NCBI GenBank assembly: GCA_947479755.1
Contig: CANKAM010000011.1
Span: 20,488-84,487, forward strand
DNA from: Bacteroidota bacterium
Lineage (GTDB): Bacteria; Bacteroidota; Bacteroidia; SXHM01
DNA length: 64,000 nt
Direction of reading: 5' to 3'
In this document: positions 45,951 to 56,240 of the stretch, one piece after another
Numbering within the stretch: position 1 is the first letter of the stretch
Layout of the letters: each line of letters begins with the position of its first letter
Position numbers and translations under genes: made by a program
Notes under the pieces: generated by a model
Told to the model about the DNA's origin: nothing
Seen by the model: the letters and a program-made list of their open reading frames with translations, nothing else
The model's database searches: none

Positions 45951-47654
45951 ATGAAAAAACATTACTCGTTCTTGTTTCTTGCTTCTTGCCTCTTGTCTCT
46001 CAGCAGTTTTGCACAACAAATAATCTCGATTGATTTTTTACGCTCGTTTACTACAGATCAAATTGATTCAACGTTTACAGCAAACGGAATACCTTTATTA
46101 GTTGTTCCAACAACCTATGCAGTAAATGCCTATAAAATAACTTACAATACAGTAAGCTATGACGGAACAACGCCAACCTTTGCTACAGGCGCACTTTTAG
46201 TTCCGCAAGGAGTTCCCTGCAAAACTCCTTTAATCAGTTACCAACATGGAACCACTACGTTACGTTACGGTGTTCCCTCCTATTTATCAGGCGAAATTGT
46301 AATTGGGCTGGCTGAAGCAACAGATGGCTATACCATTGCAATGCCTGATTTCCTTGGACTTGGTGATAGCCCGGGTATTCATCCTTATATTCATGCTGCT
46401 TCAGAAGCCACTGCATCTTTAGATTTGTTAAGAGCAACACGAGAAGCTCAAGACAGTCTTGATTTTTCACTAAACGGACAATTATTTTTAGTGGGTTATT
46501 CGCAAGGCGGACATGCTACCATGGCTTTGCACCGTATGATAGAAACTGATTTTTCGGATGAATTTACAGTTACTGCTTCTGCGCCTATGTCAGGACCTTA
46601 TGATGTTTCAGGTGTGCAGGCTGATGTGATTTTGAATGACAGTGTTTATTCGCAGCCGGGTTATTTGCCGTATATATTACAATCATACAATACGGTTTAC
46701 AATTTATTTATTGATTATGCAGATGTTTTTCAGTCGCCTTATGATGTTACGCTGCCTCCTCTGCTGGATGGAACACACGGCATGGGCGAATTGAATGCTG
46801 CTATGCCAAGCATACCCAATCAGATTATGATTCCTGAAGTATTGGATTCATTTATTAATAATCAGGATCACTACTTCAGAGTTGCTTTGCGGGATAATGA
46901 TGTATATGACTGGACACCTGTTTCGCCCGTAAAAATGTTTTACTGCGAAGCTGATGATGAAGTGTATTACATGAATGCAATTGTGGCTTACGATAAATTT
47001 ATTGAAAATGGTGCTACCTCTGTAGAAATGATGAGTGCCGGTGAAAATTTCGGGCATTTTGAATGTGCGTTTTATGCTTTGTCGGGCGGGAAGACTTGGT
47101 TTGATACGTTTAGGAATGATGGGATAGAATTGACTTTTAATGTTCAAAATTCATACGGTGATATTAATGATGGCTCTGCAAGCATTGACAGTATTATTGG
47201 TGGAATGCCACCTTACACTTACCAATGGAATATTGATAGCCTGATTAATTTCCCATCTTCTTATTATTTTTCTGACCAAACTGATAGCACTTTACAAAAC
47301 ATAAACTATCTATGGCCAGGATATTATTCTGTAGTAGTAACCGATTCTAACGGATGTACTTCAAATGGATCTGTTTATGTAGATGTGATTGAAGGAATCT
47401 CAGAAAGTATTAAAGTGAACTTCCAACTCTTCCCCAATCCCTTCACCGAAACAACAACCATTAAATTTGATGAAACTCCTGCCAACGCAATGCTTGATAT
47501 AATTGACCTGAGCGGAAAATTATTGCAAAGTGAAAACATTTCAGGGAAGAAACAGGTTGTGATAGAACGCAAAGGTTTGAGTAGTGGAACGTATTTTCTG
47601 AGGATTGCTAAAAAAGACAAATCTCCATCTTTTGCGAAATTGATAATTAATTAA
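45951..47654 (+). CDS. Secreted alpha/beta-hydrolase (secretory-lipase-like) with a T9SS C-terminal sorting domain
   Basis: Signal peptide. Nucleophile elbow GYSQGG. CTD FQLFPNPFTETTTIKFD...AKLIIN. Confidence 0.7.
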   Translation: MKKHYSFLFLASCLLSLSSFAQQIISIDFLRSFTTDQIDSTFTANGIPLLVVPTTYAVNAYKITYNTVSYDGTTPTFATGALLVPQGVPCKTPLISYQHGTTTLRYGVPSYLSGEIVIGLAEATDGYTIAMPDFLGLGDSPGIHPYIHAASEATASLDLLRATREAQDSLDFSLNGQLFLVGYSQGGHATMALHRMIETDFSDEFTVTASAPMSGPYDVSGVQADVILNDSVYSQPGYLPYILQSYNTVYNLFIDYADVFQSPYDVTLPPLLDGTHGMGELNAAMPSIPNQIMIPEVLDSFINNQDHYFRVALRDNDVYDWTPVSPVKMFYCEADDEVYYMNAIVAYDKFIENGATSVEMMSAGENFGHFECAFYALSGGKTWFDTFRNDGIELTFNVQNSYGDINDGSASIDSIIGGMPPYTYQWNIDSLINFPSSYYFSDQTDSTLQNINYLWPGYYSVVVTDSNGCTSNGSVYVDVIEGISESIKVNFQLFPNPFTETTTIKFDETPANAMLDIIDLSGKLLQSENISGKKQVVIERKGLSSGTYFLRIAKKDKSPSFAKLIIN

Positions 47655-47656
47655 AC

Positions 47657-47679
47657 CCTTCGACTACGCTCAGGGTGAC
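47657..47679. repeat. Single-arm copy (reverse orientation) of the GTCACCCTGAGCGTAGTCGAAGG hairpin-family arm, 4 nt upstream of the UbiD-family start
   Basis: CCTTCGACTACGCTCAGGGTGAC is the reverse complement of the 14283 arm, with one A/G difference. Confidence 0.5.
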
Positions 47680-47682
47680 AAT

Positions 47683-49497
47683 ATGGGATACAGCAGTTTA
47701 CGTGAGTGCATCAATGATCTTGAAAAACACAAGCATCTTGTTCGCATAAAAGAAGAGGTTGATCCTAACCTTGAGATGGCTGCTATTCATTTGCGGGTGT
47801 TTGAAGCAGGCGGTCCTGCTGTTTATTTTGAGAATATAAAAGGTTGCAATTTTCCGGCAGTTTCAAATCTGTTTGGAACAACAGAACGCAGTCGTTTTAT
47901 TTTTCGTGACACTTTAGAAACTGTAAAAAAGTTAGTCGCACTGAAAGCTGACCCGACTGCATTTCTGAAAAATCCATTTCAGTATGCAGAACTTCCTTTT
48001 CATGCTTTCAATGCGCTGCCAAGAAAGAAATATCGTATTCCTCATCTCAGTGCAAACATCTCCGACTTACCACAGATAAAATGCTGGGAAAAAGATGGTG
48101 GTGCATTTATAACACTTCCACAAGTATTTACTGAAGACATTGATAAGCCCGGAGTAATGAACGGAAACCTGGGAATGTATCGCATTCAGTTAAGCGGCAA
48201 TGATTATGTGCAGGACAAAGAAATTGGCTTGCATTATCAATTACATCGCGGTATTGGCGTGCATCAAACCAAAGCCAATTCAAAAGGACAACCGCTGAAA
48301 GTGAGCATTTTTGTGGGCGGACCTCCCTCCCACTCATTTGCAGCGGTGATGCCGCTTCCCGAGGGTTTGAGTGAACTGACTTTTGCAGGGGTTTTAGGTG
48401 CAAGACGTTTTCGTTACACGGTGGTTGATGGTTATGTTATTTCCTGCGATGCCGATTTTGTAATTACCGGAGAAGTTTATCCGAATGAAAATAAACCTGA
48501 AGGTCCGTTTGGCGACCACTTGGGATATTACAGTTTGAAACACGACTTCCCGTTGATGCGTGTTCACAAAGTTTATCACCGCAAAGATGCCATCTGGCCT
48601 TTTACTGTTGTTGGTCGCCCACCACAGGAAGACACAGCTTTCGGAAATATGATTCACGAAATAGCAGGCGCAATGATTCCTGCATCCATTCCGGGTTTGC
48701 ACGATGTTCATGCTGTGGATGCAAGCGGAGTACATCCACTTTTGTTGGCGCTAGGCAGCGAGCGTTATACTCCTTACATTAAAGAACGCAAGCCACAGGA
48801 AATTTTGACGATTGCAAATCACATTTTGGGTTTTAACCAAATGTCATTAGCAAAGTATTTATTCATTGCTGCAAAAGATGACAACCCAGATTTAGATACG
48901 CACGATGTTCCTGGATTTTTTAAACATATTTTAGAGCGCGTTGACTGGACACGGGATTTACACTTCCATACCCGCACTACTATTGATACACTTGATTACA
49001 GCGGAACTGACATTAACAGCGGAAGTAAAGTAGTGGTAGCAGCAGCGGGCGAAAAGAAACGTGAACTCGGAACAAAATTGCCAACTGATTTTTCATTGCC
49101 TGATGATTTTTCTAATCCTAGAATTGCAATGCCGGGAGTAGTTGTTTTGGAAGTTAGTAGCTGGAAATTAGAAGTTGAAAAATTGGAAGAATATCTAATT
49201 TCTAACTTACAACTTCTAACCTCCTTCCCTCTCATCGTTCTTGCCGATAACAGCGATTTTACTGCCAAAACGCTGAATAACTTTCTTTGGGTAACATTTA
49301 CCCGCAGCAATCCTTCACACGATATTTATGGTATTGATTCATTTACAGAACACAAGCACTGGGGCTGCAGAGGTTCATTAATAATTGATGCGCGCATAAA
49401 GCCACACCACGCACCTGTGCTTGAAAAAAATCCAGAAATTGAAAAACGCGTGGATGCTTTTGGCGCAAAAGGAAAATCCCTGCACGGGATTATTTAA
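47683..49497 (+). CDS. UbiD-family (prenylated-FMN-dependent) decarboxylase, menaquinone/ubiquinone-biosynthesis type
   Basis: N-terminus LRECINDLEKHKHLVRIKEEVDPNLEMAAIHLRVFEAGGPAVYFENIKG parallels UbiD (LRDFL..LE..GEL.RI...VDP.LE.TEI.DR...AGGPALLFENPKG). 604 aa. Confidence 0.85.
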   Translation: MGYSSLRECINDLEKHKHLVRIKEEVDPNLEMAAIHLRVFEAGGPAVYFENIKGCNFPAVSNLFGTTERSRFIFRDTLETVKKLVALKADPTAFLKNPFQYAELPFHAFNALPRKKYRIPHLSANISDLPQIKCWEKDGGAFITLPQVFTEDIDKPGVMNGNLGMYRIQLSGNDYVQDKEIGLHYQLHRGIGVHQTKANSKGQPLKVSIFVGGPPSHSFAAVMPLPEGLSELTFAGVLGARRFRYTVVDGYVISCDADFVITGEVYPNENKPEGPFGDHLGYYSLKHDFPLMRVHKVYHRKDAIWPFTVVGRPPQEDTAFGNMIHEIAGAMIPASIPGLHDVHAVDASGVHPLLLALGSERYTPYIKERKPQEILTIANHILGFNQMSLAKYLFIAAKDDNPDLDTHDVPGFFKHILERVDWTRDLHFHTRTTIDTLDYSGTDINSGSKVVVAAAGEKKRELGTKLPTDFSLPDDFSNPRIAMPGVVVLEVSSWKLEVEKLEEYLISNLQLLTSFPLIVLADNSDFTAKTLNNFLWVTFTRSNPSHDIYGIDSFTEHKHWGCRGSLIIDARIKPHHAPVLEKNPEIEKRVDAFGAKGKSLHGII

Positions 49498-50075
49498 CCC
49501 GCCTTCTTAACAAACTTGGTCAGTATTACAATCGTCTGACCATTCACTCTGCCTTCAATCTGCTCAGCATTATCCCAAACGAGATTAATGTTGCGAACCG
49601 ATGTTCCCCGCTTAGCTGCAAATATTGAACCTTTGATATCTAAATCTTTTATGATTACAACGGTATCACCATTTTGCAATACAGAACCATTGCTGTCAAT
49701 GTGTTTTACTTTATCATCGTTGTTAGCAGCTTCATCCTGTCCGGTCTGTGCCCATTTCAGGGTTTCTTCATCCAGATATATTGTGTCCAGCAAGTCTTGT
49801 GTCCAACCTTGTGAGCGCAGGCGGGTAAGCATTCGCCATGCCATTACCTGCACGGCAGGAACTGTGCTCCACATACTATCATTCAGGCAACGCCAGTGAT
49901 TAGCTTCTTCTGTTCCCGGATTATTAATTTGTGATGTACAGGTTTCGCAAATCAGGATACTTTTATCTGCACTTTCGTCTGAAGGAGCAACAGCAAAAAC
50001 TGTTAATCCATTTGTGTTTCCACATAATTCACAGCTTGATGCGCTGCGTTCTTTCAATTCATTTTCCACGCTCAT
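49494..50075 (-). CDS. phnA: PhnA/YjdC-family zinc-ribbon protein with an N-terminal extension
   Basis: CELCGN...CETC zinc ribbon. C-terminal GDTVVIIKDLDIKGSIFAAKRGTSVRNINLV...GRVNGQTIVILTKFVKK aligns to E. coli PhnA. Confidence 0.75.
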   Translation of the reverse strand: MSVENELKERSASSCELCGNTNGLTVFAVAPSDESADKSILICETCTSQINNPGTEEANHWRCLNDSMWSTVPAVQVMAWRMLTRLRSQGWTQDLLDTIYLDEETLKWAQTGQDEAANNDDKVKHIDSNGSVLQNGDTVVIIKDLDIKGSIFAAKRGTSVRNINLVWDNAEQIEGRVNGQTIVILTKFVKKAG

Positions 50076-50084
50076 TATTTCTTT

Positions 50085-51146
50085 TTACTTAAAACTTATT
50101 TCACTCAATTCAATTGTTTTTTCAATCCGTTGCTCGTCATTAATATCCCATATTTCCATTTTTATTTTGGGAGTTAATTCTTTCCAGTCAATGGTGATTA
50201 ACCCAAAATGATTTTCCATAATTGGCCCTTCAATTCTGTTATTATTAGGACAAGCAAATTTCCAGGTTGATGATAAGCCACTGGAAGTAACATCGTAAAT
50301 CGGATACAAATCAGGTTCAATAAGTTTTGAGATTTCTGCATAATGCACATCACCTGTTATAAATATAACACCGTTCGCACGTGTCTTTTTAACTAGGTTA
50401 AGAAAACGCTTTTGTTCATGTGGCATGTTTGCCCATGCCTCGTAGCCATTAAATTCAATACCGAACTGTGTACCTGAACCAATTATGCGGACGTCAGCAG
50501 GTTTGCTTAGTTCACCTTCCAGCCATTTCCATTGCTCTTCGCCCAAAAAAGTTTTGGTGGTATCGGTGTGGGGGGCATAATCGAGATTATAGAAATAACG
50601 TTTATCGCGACTGAATTGTCCGGTGTAAGGTTTTAAATCATCACGAAAGGTGCGGTTGTCAACCAGAATAATTTGCAGTTTTTTACCGTTGGTTTCATAC
50701 ATGTAGGAAGTATAAATTCCTTCGTGTTTGCGCCTTTCAGAATCCTTTGGTTCATTGAAAAACTCCAGGAATATTTCTTTCGATTCTGCTTTAAAAGGAT
50801 AATGTCGGCCTGCATCATTCTTTCCGTAGTCATGGTCGTCCCAGGTTGCTATAATCGGGACATTTTTTTTTAAGTTTTGAAAAGTTGATTTTGCTCCAAG
50901 CGTAGCATAATCTGCTTTCAGATCATCCATATTTCTGGTATCGCCATACAAATTATCGCCAAGGAAAATAAATAAATCGGGTTGGTGTTTTATCACCACA
51001 TCAAAAATGGGTAATGGGCTATCCTGACTACCACAAGAGCCAAAAGCAATTTTTGAAACAGCAGTTTGCGACAACACATTTTGAAATACAGCCTGAAGAA
51101 AAAAGCAAGCTAACAGAGAGAAAAAACTATTTTTAGTTAATAGCAT
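50085..51146 (-). CDS. Secreted PhoD-like metallophosphatase (alkaline phosphatase D family)
   Basis: Signal peptide. Metallophosphoesterase motifs GDNLYGD and TWDDHDYGKND, plus GDVHYAE. Confidence 0.75.
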   Translation of the reverse strand: MLLTKNSFFSLLACFFLQAVFQNVLSQTAVSKIAFGSCGSQDSPLPIFDVVIKHQPDLFIFLGDNLYGDTRNMDDLKADYATLGAKSTFQNLKKNVPIIATWDDHDYGKNDAGRHYPFKAESKEIFLEFFNEPKDSERRKHEGIYTSYMYETNGKKLQIILVDNRTFRDDLKPYTGQFSRDKRYFYNLDYAPHTDTTKTFLGEEQWKWLEGELSKPADVRIIGSGTQFGIEFNGYEAWANMPHEQKRFLNLVKKTRANGVIFITGDVHYAEISKLIEPDLYPIYDVTSSGLSSTWKFACPNNNRIEGPIMENHFGLITIDWKELTPKIKMEIWDINDEQRIEKTIELSEISFK

Positions 51147-51876
51147 ATTTGTGATTTAAAATTCCATCGGCAATCATGTATTCAGCTAGTGCATAAGTGC
51201 TGAAAATAGCAAAGCCTGCATAATAAGTTGGCTCCGAAAGTACAAGAAAGTTAATGGCAATAAGTGAATCGGAAATAACAAAAATGCAGGCACCAATAAA
51301 TGTGAGCCAGAAACTTTTTGCAGTTGTTTTTCCATAACGGTTAAGAGCTATTGCTGCCATGCTTACCAATACCCCTGAATAAATAATAACAGGAATGGTT
51401 GCCGCTTTTTTCTCAGGATCTGACTGCAAAGCAGGCAGAATAATGAATAACATTAGTATCCAGAAAATAAAAAAAATCAGGTAATACAGTTTGTTTACAG
51501 GAGCTCCTGTTTGTTCTACACTTTCAGATTTCCTGTAAGATGTAAGGAACAGAATTTGTGTTACTAAGAAAGAACCTAATCCGCCAAGAAAGTAATTTTT
51601 ATTTTTAGCAATACCCATAATGTGCGTATCACTTAAGGTTTCCGGTGTCAGCATCAGAAAAATATCACCAAACCATGAGAACAAAAATGCAACAAGCATT
51701 AACTTGTGGACAGCCGATAAACTGCCTTTTACTGAACTGAAAAAATAAAACGCAATTAAGGGCAACACCAAGGGTTTGGTGAAAAACACCAGCTTGCTGT
51801 CATGTATAAACTCTGCGTAAATTTCTATTAACGAAACAAACAGAATTACATAACGAATAAGAGCAGGATTACCCAT
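51133..51876 (-). CDS. YhhN/TMEM86-family lysoplasmalogenase-like membrane protein
   Basis: Eight TM helices. FSWFGDIFL fits the YhhN-family conserved segment. Confidence 0.5.
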   Translation of the reverse strand: MGNPALIRYVILFVSLIEIYAEFIHDSKLVFFTKPLVLPLIAFYFFSSVKGSLSAVHKLMLVAFLFSWFGDIFLMLTPETLSDTHIMGIAKNKNYFLGGLGSFLVTQILFLTSYRKSESVEQTGAPVNKLYYLIFFIFWILMLFIILPALQSDPEKKAATIPVIIYSGVLVSMAAIALNRYGKTTAKSFWLTFIGACIFVISDSLIAINFLVLSEPTYYAGFAIFSTYALAEYMIADGILNHKYAIN

Positions 51877-51890
51877 GCTTTAATTGACGG

Positions 51891-52343
51891 TTACTTTGTT
51901 TTTTTAACCTTTACGGCATTCATTCCTTTTATGCCGCGCTCCAGTTCAAAGCTCACATGATCATCGGCAACAATTTCTTCGGTTACTCCTGTTATGTGTA
52001 CAAAAAACTTCTCTCCTGTACCGATCTCATTAATAAATCCGTAGCCTTTGCTTGCGTCAAAGAACGCAACTTTGCCCTGACGTTCAGCAGGAACTTCATC
52101 ACCTTCCTGTTTGCGGGGAATACCTATTTCAATGCTGGAAGCATCTACTTTTTGCTTGCGGGCAGGATCCGGAGGAGTATCTGTAATTCTTCCGTATTCA
52201 TCCACATAAGCAATCATGCTTTCAAAGCCACCACTTCCAGCGTTTGCTTTGCGTTCTTCTTTCTTCTGTTCTTTTTCCTGACGCTTCTTTAGGCGTTTAG
52301 TTTCTTTTTCTTTTTTAGCGTAGGTAGCTTGTGATTTTGCCAT
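51891..52343 (-). CDS. Cold-shock-domain protein with an N-terminal Lys/Glu-rich extension
   Basis: C-terminal GKVAFFDASKGYGFINEIGTGEKFFVHITGV is a CspA-type CSD containing the RNP1-like GYGFI. The N-terminal 40 aa read KKEKETKRLKKRQEKEQKKEERK. Confidence 0.7.
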   Translation of the reverse strand: MAKSQATYAKKEKETKRLKKRQEKEQKKEERKANAGSGGFESMIAYVDEYGRITDTPPDPARKQKVDASSIEIGIPRKQEGDEVPAERQGKVAFFDASKGYGFINEIGTGEKFFVHITGVTEEIVADDHVSFELERGIKGMNAVKVKKTK

Positions 52344-52370
52344 TGATTATTTAGTGATTGTTTAGTTTAA

Positions 52371-53510
52371 TTATTCTTTTACCATTTTAAGTACTTCATT
52401 AACCATAACATGAAAATCAGGTGAATGATTATCGTCTTCTGGTGGGATTCGCTGATGCCCCAATCTTACAATTACAGTATTAAATTCGGGAATGCTGATA
52501 ATGTATTGACCTAAAATTCCTCGTTGATAAAATACTTTTGTGCCGTGCGATTCATCTAACCAAAAAGAGTAGCCGTAATATGGAACCAATGCACCTGTTG
52601 TTGCCAATTGTACAAAAGCAGTATCAAGAATTTGTGTGCCGTTCCAATTGCCTTGATGCAACATCATTTTTCCGAAGCGGGCAAAATCGCGGGCATTAGA
52701 ATTGAAGCAGCAATAAGCAAGGTCAGTACCAACTTCATCGGTGTGCCACTTAGCTGCGTTCTTTGCCTGCATGGGTTTCCACAACCATTCAGATGCCAGT
52801 TCAGCCAATGTTTTTCCTGTAGCCTGCATAACGCAAAGACCAAGTAATTGCGTTGAACCGCTTTGATAATTATATTTTTTTCCTGGCTCATCAACAATGG
52901 GAAGTGAAAGCATCAGTTCTTTTACATCATCGCCATAATATGCTTTAGCTGTAACGCTGAAAGGGTCTTTGTATTTTTCGTCCCACTCCAATCCGGAACT
53001 CATGGTGCTTAAGTGCCAAAGCTCCAATTCATCGGCATGTGCGCCTTTAATTTCGGGGAGAATAGTTTTTACTTTTTGATTCCATCCTTGCAGCATTCCC
53101 TTCTGAATGGCTATTTGTGCCAGCATAGTGGTTATGCTTTTAGCCATTGAAAAAGAATTTGTTTGTGAATTGGCTGAATAATCATCCCAATAATTTTCAG
53201 TCAGAATGCTGTCGTTTTGAATAACCAGAAAACTAACGGTCTGAATTTGTTCCAGCGTTGTTTTAAGTTCAGAACTTAAGGACGTTTTGTTATAGTTGCT
53301 GTGCAAATTCCATTCTTTCGGTTGTGGGGAAGCTTCAATAACATGAGTATCAAAAAACTTAGCATCATCAATTGTAGCTGAGTTGTTACCGTGCAGATAG
53401 CTTGCCCACAAGCCTTTTACAAGATAGCCATTACCACTGAATTTTGATGCGGAAAACAGCAACACAAAAAACAGTACAATGCCTGTAATAATTTTTAAAA
53501 GACTTTTCAT
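52371..53510 (-). CDS. Serine hydrolase of the class-C beta-lactamase/PBP fold
   Basis: Signal/anchor N-terminus. SxxK motif SFSMAKS. About 380 aa. Confidence 0.75.
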   Translation of the reverse strand: MKSLLKIITGIVLFFVLLFSASKFSGNGYLVKGLWASYLHGNNSATIDDAKFFDTHVIEASPQPKEWNLHSNYNKTSLSSELKTTLEQIQTVSFLVIQNDSILTENYWDDYSANSQTNSFSMAKSITTMLAQIAIQKGMLQGWNQKVKTILPEIKGAHADELELWHLSTMSSGLEWDEKYKDPFSVTAKAYYGDDVKELMLSLPIVDEPGKKYNYQSGSTQLLGLCVMQATGKTLAELASEWLWKPMQAKNAAKWHTDEVGTDLAYCCFNSNARDFARFGKMMLHQGNWNGTQILDTAFVQLATTGALVPYYGYSFWLDESHGTKVFYQRGILGQYIISIPEFNTVIVRLGHQRIPPEDDNHSPDFHVMVNEVLKMVKE

Positions 53511-53664
53511 TCTCCTTAGTTTTTTCTGAGAGAATGCGAATGTAAGTAAAATAAGTTGGTGTTTTATGTCTTCCTTGCTTTTGTTTGAAGAGCAATTTCT
53601 TTTACACTAAACTTTACAATGTTTGCAATTAGGGTAAATAATATTTGGCTGGCAAATGGGGGAA

Positions 53665-55392
53665 TTATTGCTTTATGAATTTCATTTGCTGAAATTCATT
53701 ACCCGACCTGATTTGAAAAAAGTAAATGCCACTGGTTAACGAATCAACATCAATTCTTGCTGTATTAATATTGTTAATCTTTGAAGATACAACTACTTCG
53801 CCAAGTAAATTGATAATGGTTAGTTCTGCCGAAGAAATCTGATTTTCAAACTTTATTGAAATGAAATTTTGAGCAGGATTAGGATAAATAATAAACTTGG
53901 TTTTCTCTACTGTAGAGATTCCTGCTGAAGTTGTATCTATTACTGTAAAACTTCCCATCATTCCATCATCTTCGTGGTGCAATAAATGGCAGTGATACAT
54001 ATAGGGAATCATATCGTCTGCAAAATCTTCAAACTTTGTTATAAACTCAACATATTGCATGGGCATAACCAACACCACATCTTTTTTACCCTGTTCATAA
54101 TCAGGAACCGCACCTCCATTAATATTCAACAGATAAAAGTGCATATCGTGAATATGAAACGGATGTGCAATGCCTGTATTATTGCTTATTTTCCACTTTT
54201 CGGTAGTGTTGAGGTACGTAGAAAAATTGATTGTGTTCATATCAAAATGAACTCCGTTGATGTTAAAAGGACCTGCTACTTGTCCCAATGGACTCATCAT
54301 GGTATCGGGTTGAAGGTTAAAATTTCTTGCAACGGTGAAAGAAGTCCATGGTGCATTTGTTATAAGTGAACCCGGCATAGTTGTAACCGGATTAACTGTT
54401 GGTGCAACAACATTAAGCTGTAACACCCCGAAATCAGCACCATTCAAAGGATTTAAGTTATAGTTGGGAATGGTTCCTCCCATCATTCCGGTCACTGTTG
54501 CTGCACCATAAATCCCGTTTGGCATTTCAGAACTAAAACTGATGAGGTTAATTGTCTGCCCGGTCATGCCCTGAAGATCAAGTACTATTTCTGCACGCTC
54601 ACCGGGGCTTAATAAGATGCGTGTTAATGAAACTGCATTATCTAAAAGGCCTGCATCACCTGCAATCATTTTAAATGATTTATTATCAGTAAAACCAAAA
54701 TTATAGCTGCGCGATGATGAGCCATTGAGTAATCGCAGACGTATAACTTGTGCCGGGGCATTTAAGTACGGATGTATTGTTCCATTCACACAAACGGCAG
54801 TATCCATTTCGGTAGAAATGGCAATCTGATTTAAAATGTCAAATGCTTTTGTTTGAACAATAACCGGAAAATCATCTACGCCATAGGTTCGTGGCAGAGT
54901 TAATTCTGCTTCGGCACTATCTTTTACAACCAACATTCCTGCTATGCCTTTTGAAACATGGCGGTCGGTTTTATTATCGCCATGCGGATGATACCAAAAT
55001 GTACCTGCCGAATTAAGAATTTGAAAATTCGGGCTCCAGGTTGAGCCCTGTTCTATAATCTGATGAGGGCCTCCATCATCCATTGCAGGCACATGCAAAC
55101 CGTGCCAGTGAATAGTAGTTGAATTACCCGAACCGGCTAGATTATTAGTAACATTCATTGTTACCCAATCCCATTTATTTACAATTAAGGTAGGGCCCAG
55201 TAATGCACCGTTTATTCCGTAAGTAGGCGTATTAATACCCGGATAAAACTGGGTTATTCCGTTCTGAATATTCAGGTCAAATGATGTGCCCGATAGTGTT
55301 AACGGAATAAACAGCGGATTTTGAGCAACAGATAAGTCAACAGTGAAAAATAATAATACTACTGAAAAAACTATTTGCCGGACTGCATTCAT
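53665..55392 (-). CDS. Multicopper oxidase (CueO/laccase-like) with a T9SS C-terminal sorting domain
   Basis: Copper-site motifs HWHGLHV, WYHPHGD, HPFHIHDMHF and YHCHLLHHEDDGMMG. CTD IIYPNPAQNFISIKF...MKFIKQ. Confidence 0.85.
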   Translation of the reverse strand: MNAVRQIVFSVVLLFFTVDLSVAQNPLFIPLTLSGTSFDLNIQNGITQFYPGINTPTYGINGALLGPTLIVNKWDWVTMNVTNNLAGSGNSTTIHWHGLHVPAMDDGGPHQIIEQGSTWSPNFQILNSAGTFWYHPHGDNKTDRHVSKGIAGMLVVKDSAEAELTLPRTYGVDDFPVIVQTKAFDILNQIAISTEMDTAVCVNGTIHPYLNAPAQVIRLRLLNGSSSRSYNFGFTDNKSFKMIAGDAGLLDNAVSLTRILLSPGERAEIVLDLQGMTGQTINLISFSSEMPNGIYGAATVTGMMGGTIPNYNLNPLNGADFGVLQLNVVAPTVNPVTTMPGSLITNAPWTSFTVARNFNLQPDTMMSPLGQVAGPFNINGVHFDMNTINFSTYLNTTEKWKISNNTGIAHPFHIHDMHFYLLNINGGAVPDYEQGKKDVVLVMPMQYVEFITKFEDFADDMIPYMYHCHLLHHEDDGMMGSFTVIDTTSAGISTVEKTKFIIYPNPAQNFISIKFENQISSAELTIINLLGEVVVSSKINNINTARIDVDSLTSGIYFFQIRSGNEFQQMKFIKQ

Positions 55393-55395
55393 TGT

Positions 55396-56178
55396 TTAAT
55401 GCGAAACGGTAAACTTTTGGGTTGCGGTATTTTCGTTTGTCAGAATACGGGCAATATAATTACCGTTAGGCAAAGTAGCAGTGTTTATTTGCTTTGTTAT
55501 TAGTCCTTTTTGCTTTTCATCTGAAATAAGGGCAACCTGTTTTCCGGTTATGTCGGTAATACTTATTGTGTAATCTGACGTTTCGGTTAATGTAAACGTA
55601 ACACTTACATTATCATTTGCCGGATTAGGAAATACGTTGAATGAATTTACGCCTCCCTGCAAATTCTGAATACTGTTAGCTGTGTTAAACAATGCCAGAA
55701 TACTATCTCTCATAATAGTAGTATCACTTGACGAGAAACTCTGTGTTGAAAATAACACTCTGTGGTCCATACCGCCCAATAAAACAACTGTTGGCATACC
55801 AAAACCACCGTAATGGGCTACCTGTGCCTCACCATTAGCCATTGCGGTATAAATTGTTGAAACGTTACTTGTATTAACCCAGTTATCAGCAACAATGCAA
55901 CTTGAGTTATCAAAAGGAAATGCATAGCCCTTAACTTTTCCAGGAAACACGGCATTTATTTTATTGGCCATTTTTTGAATACGTTGTGCCGGAGGGGGAC
56001 AAGCACCGCAGTTAGGCATAAAGAAATGCAGCAAAACTGCTTTGCCTGCATCCAGATCGGCAAAAAGGTCAACCGCATCGCCACTGCAACTATTGCCGCT
56101 GAACTGCATTGCTGTTTGTGCATTTGATAAGTTTATTACAAATAGAAGAGCAATGGATAAAAGGAAAGATTTTGTCAT
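55396..56178 (-). CDS. Secreted thioredoxin-fold-like protein (CGAC motif) with a T9SS C-terminal sorting domain
   Basis: Signal peptide. LLHFFMPNCGACPP resembles a redoxin CxxC active site. CTD VFPNPANDNVSVTF...KFTVSH. 3-nt gap to the multicopper oxidase gene. Confidence 0.45.
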   Translation of the reverse strand: MTKSFLLSIALLFVINLSNAQTAMQFSGNSCSGDAVDLFADLDAGKAVLLHFFMPNCGACPPPAQRIQKMANKINAVFPGKVKGYAFPFDNSSCIVADNWVNTSNVSTIYTAMANGEAQVAHYGGFGMPTVVLLGGMDHRVLFSTQSFSSSDTTIMRDSILALFNTANSIQNLQGGVNSFNVFPNPANDNVSVTFTLTETSDYTISITDITGKQVALISDEKQKGLITKQINTATLPNGNYIARILTNENTATQKFTVSH

Positions 56179-56240
56179 TTTTTTTATTATTTAGTTTTTC
56201 AACTCAATGCAAAAGTGGTAAATTAGAATGAAGTTCATTA

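Noticed and set aside
47657-47679. Shine-Dalgarno or regulatory role of the hairpin-arm copy abutting the UbiD-family start
   Set aside because: Only a single arm is present, so no hairpin can form locally. Bacteroidota rarely use SD sequences. Kept as a repeat copy only.
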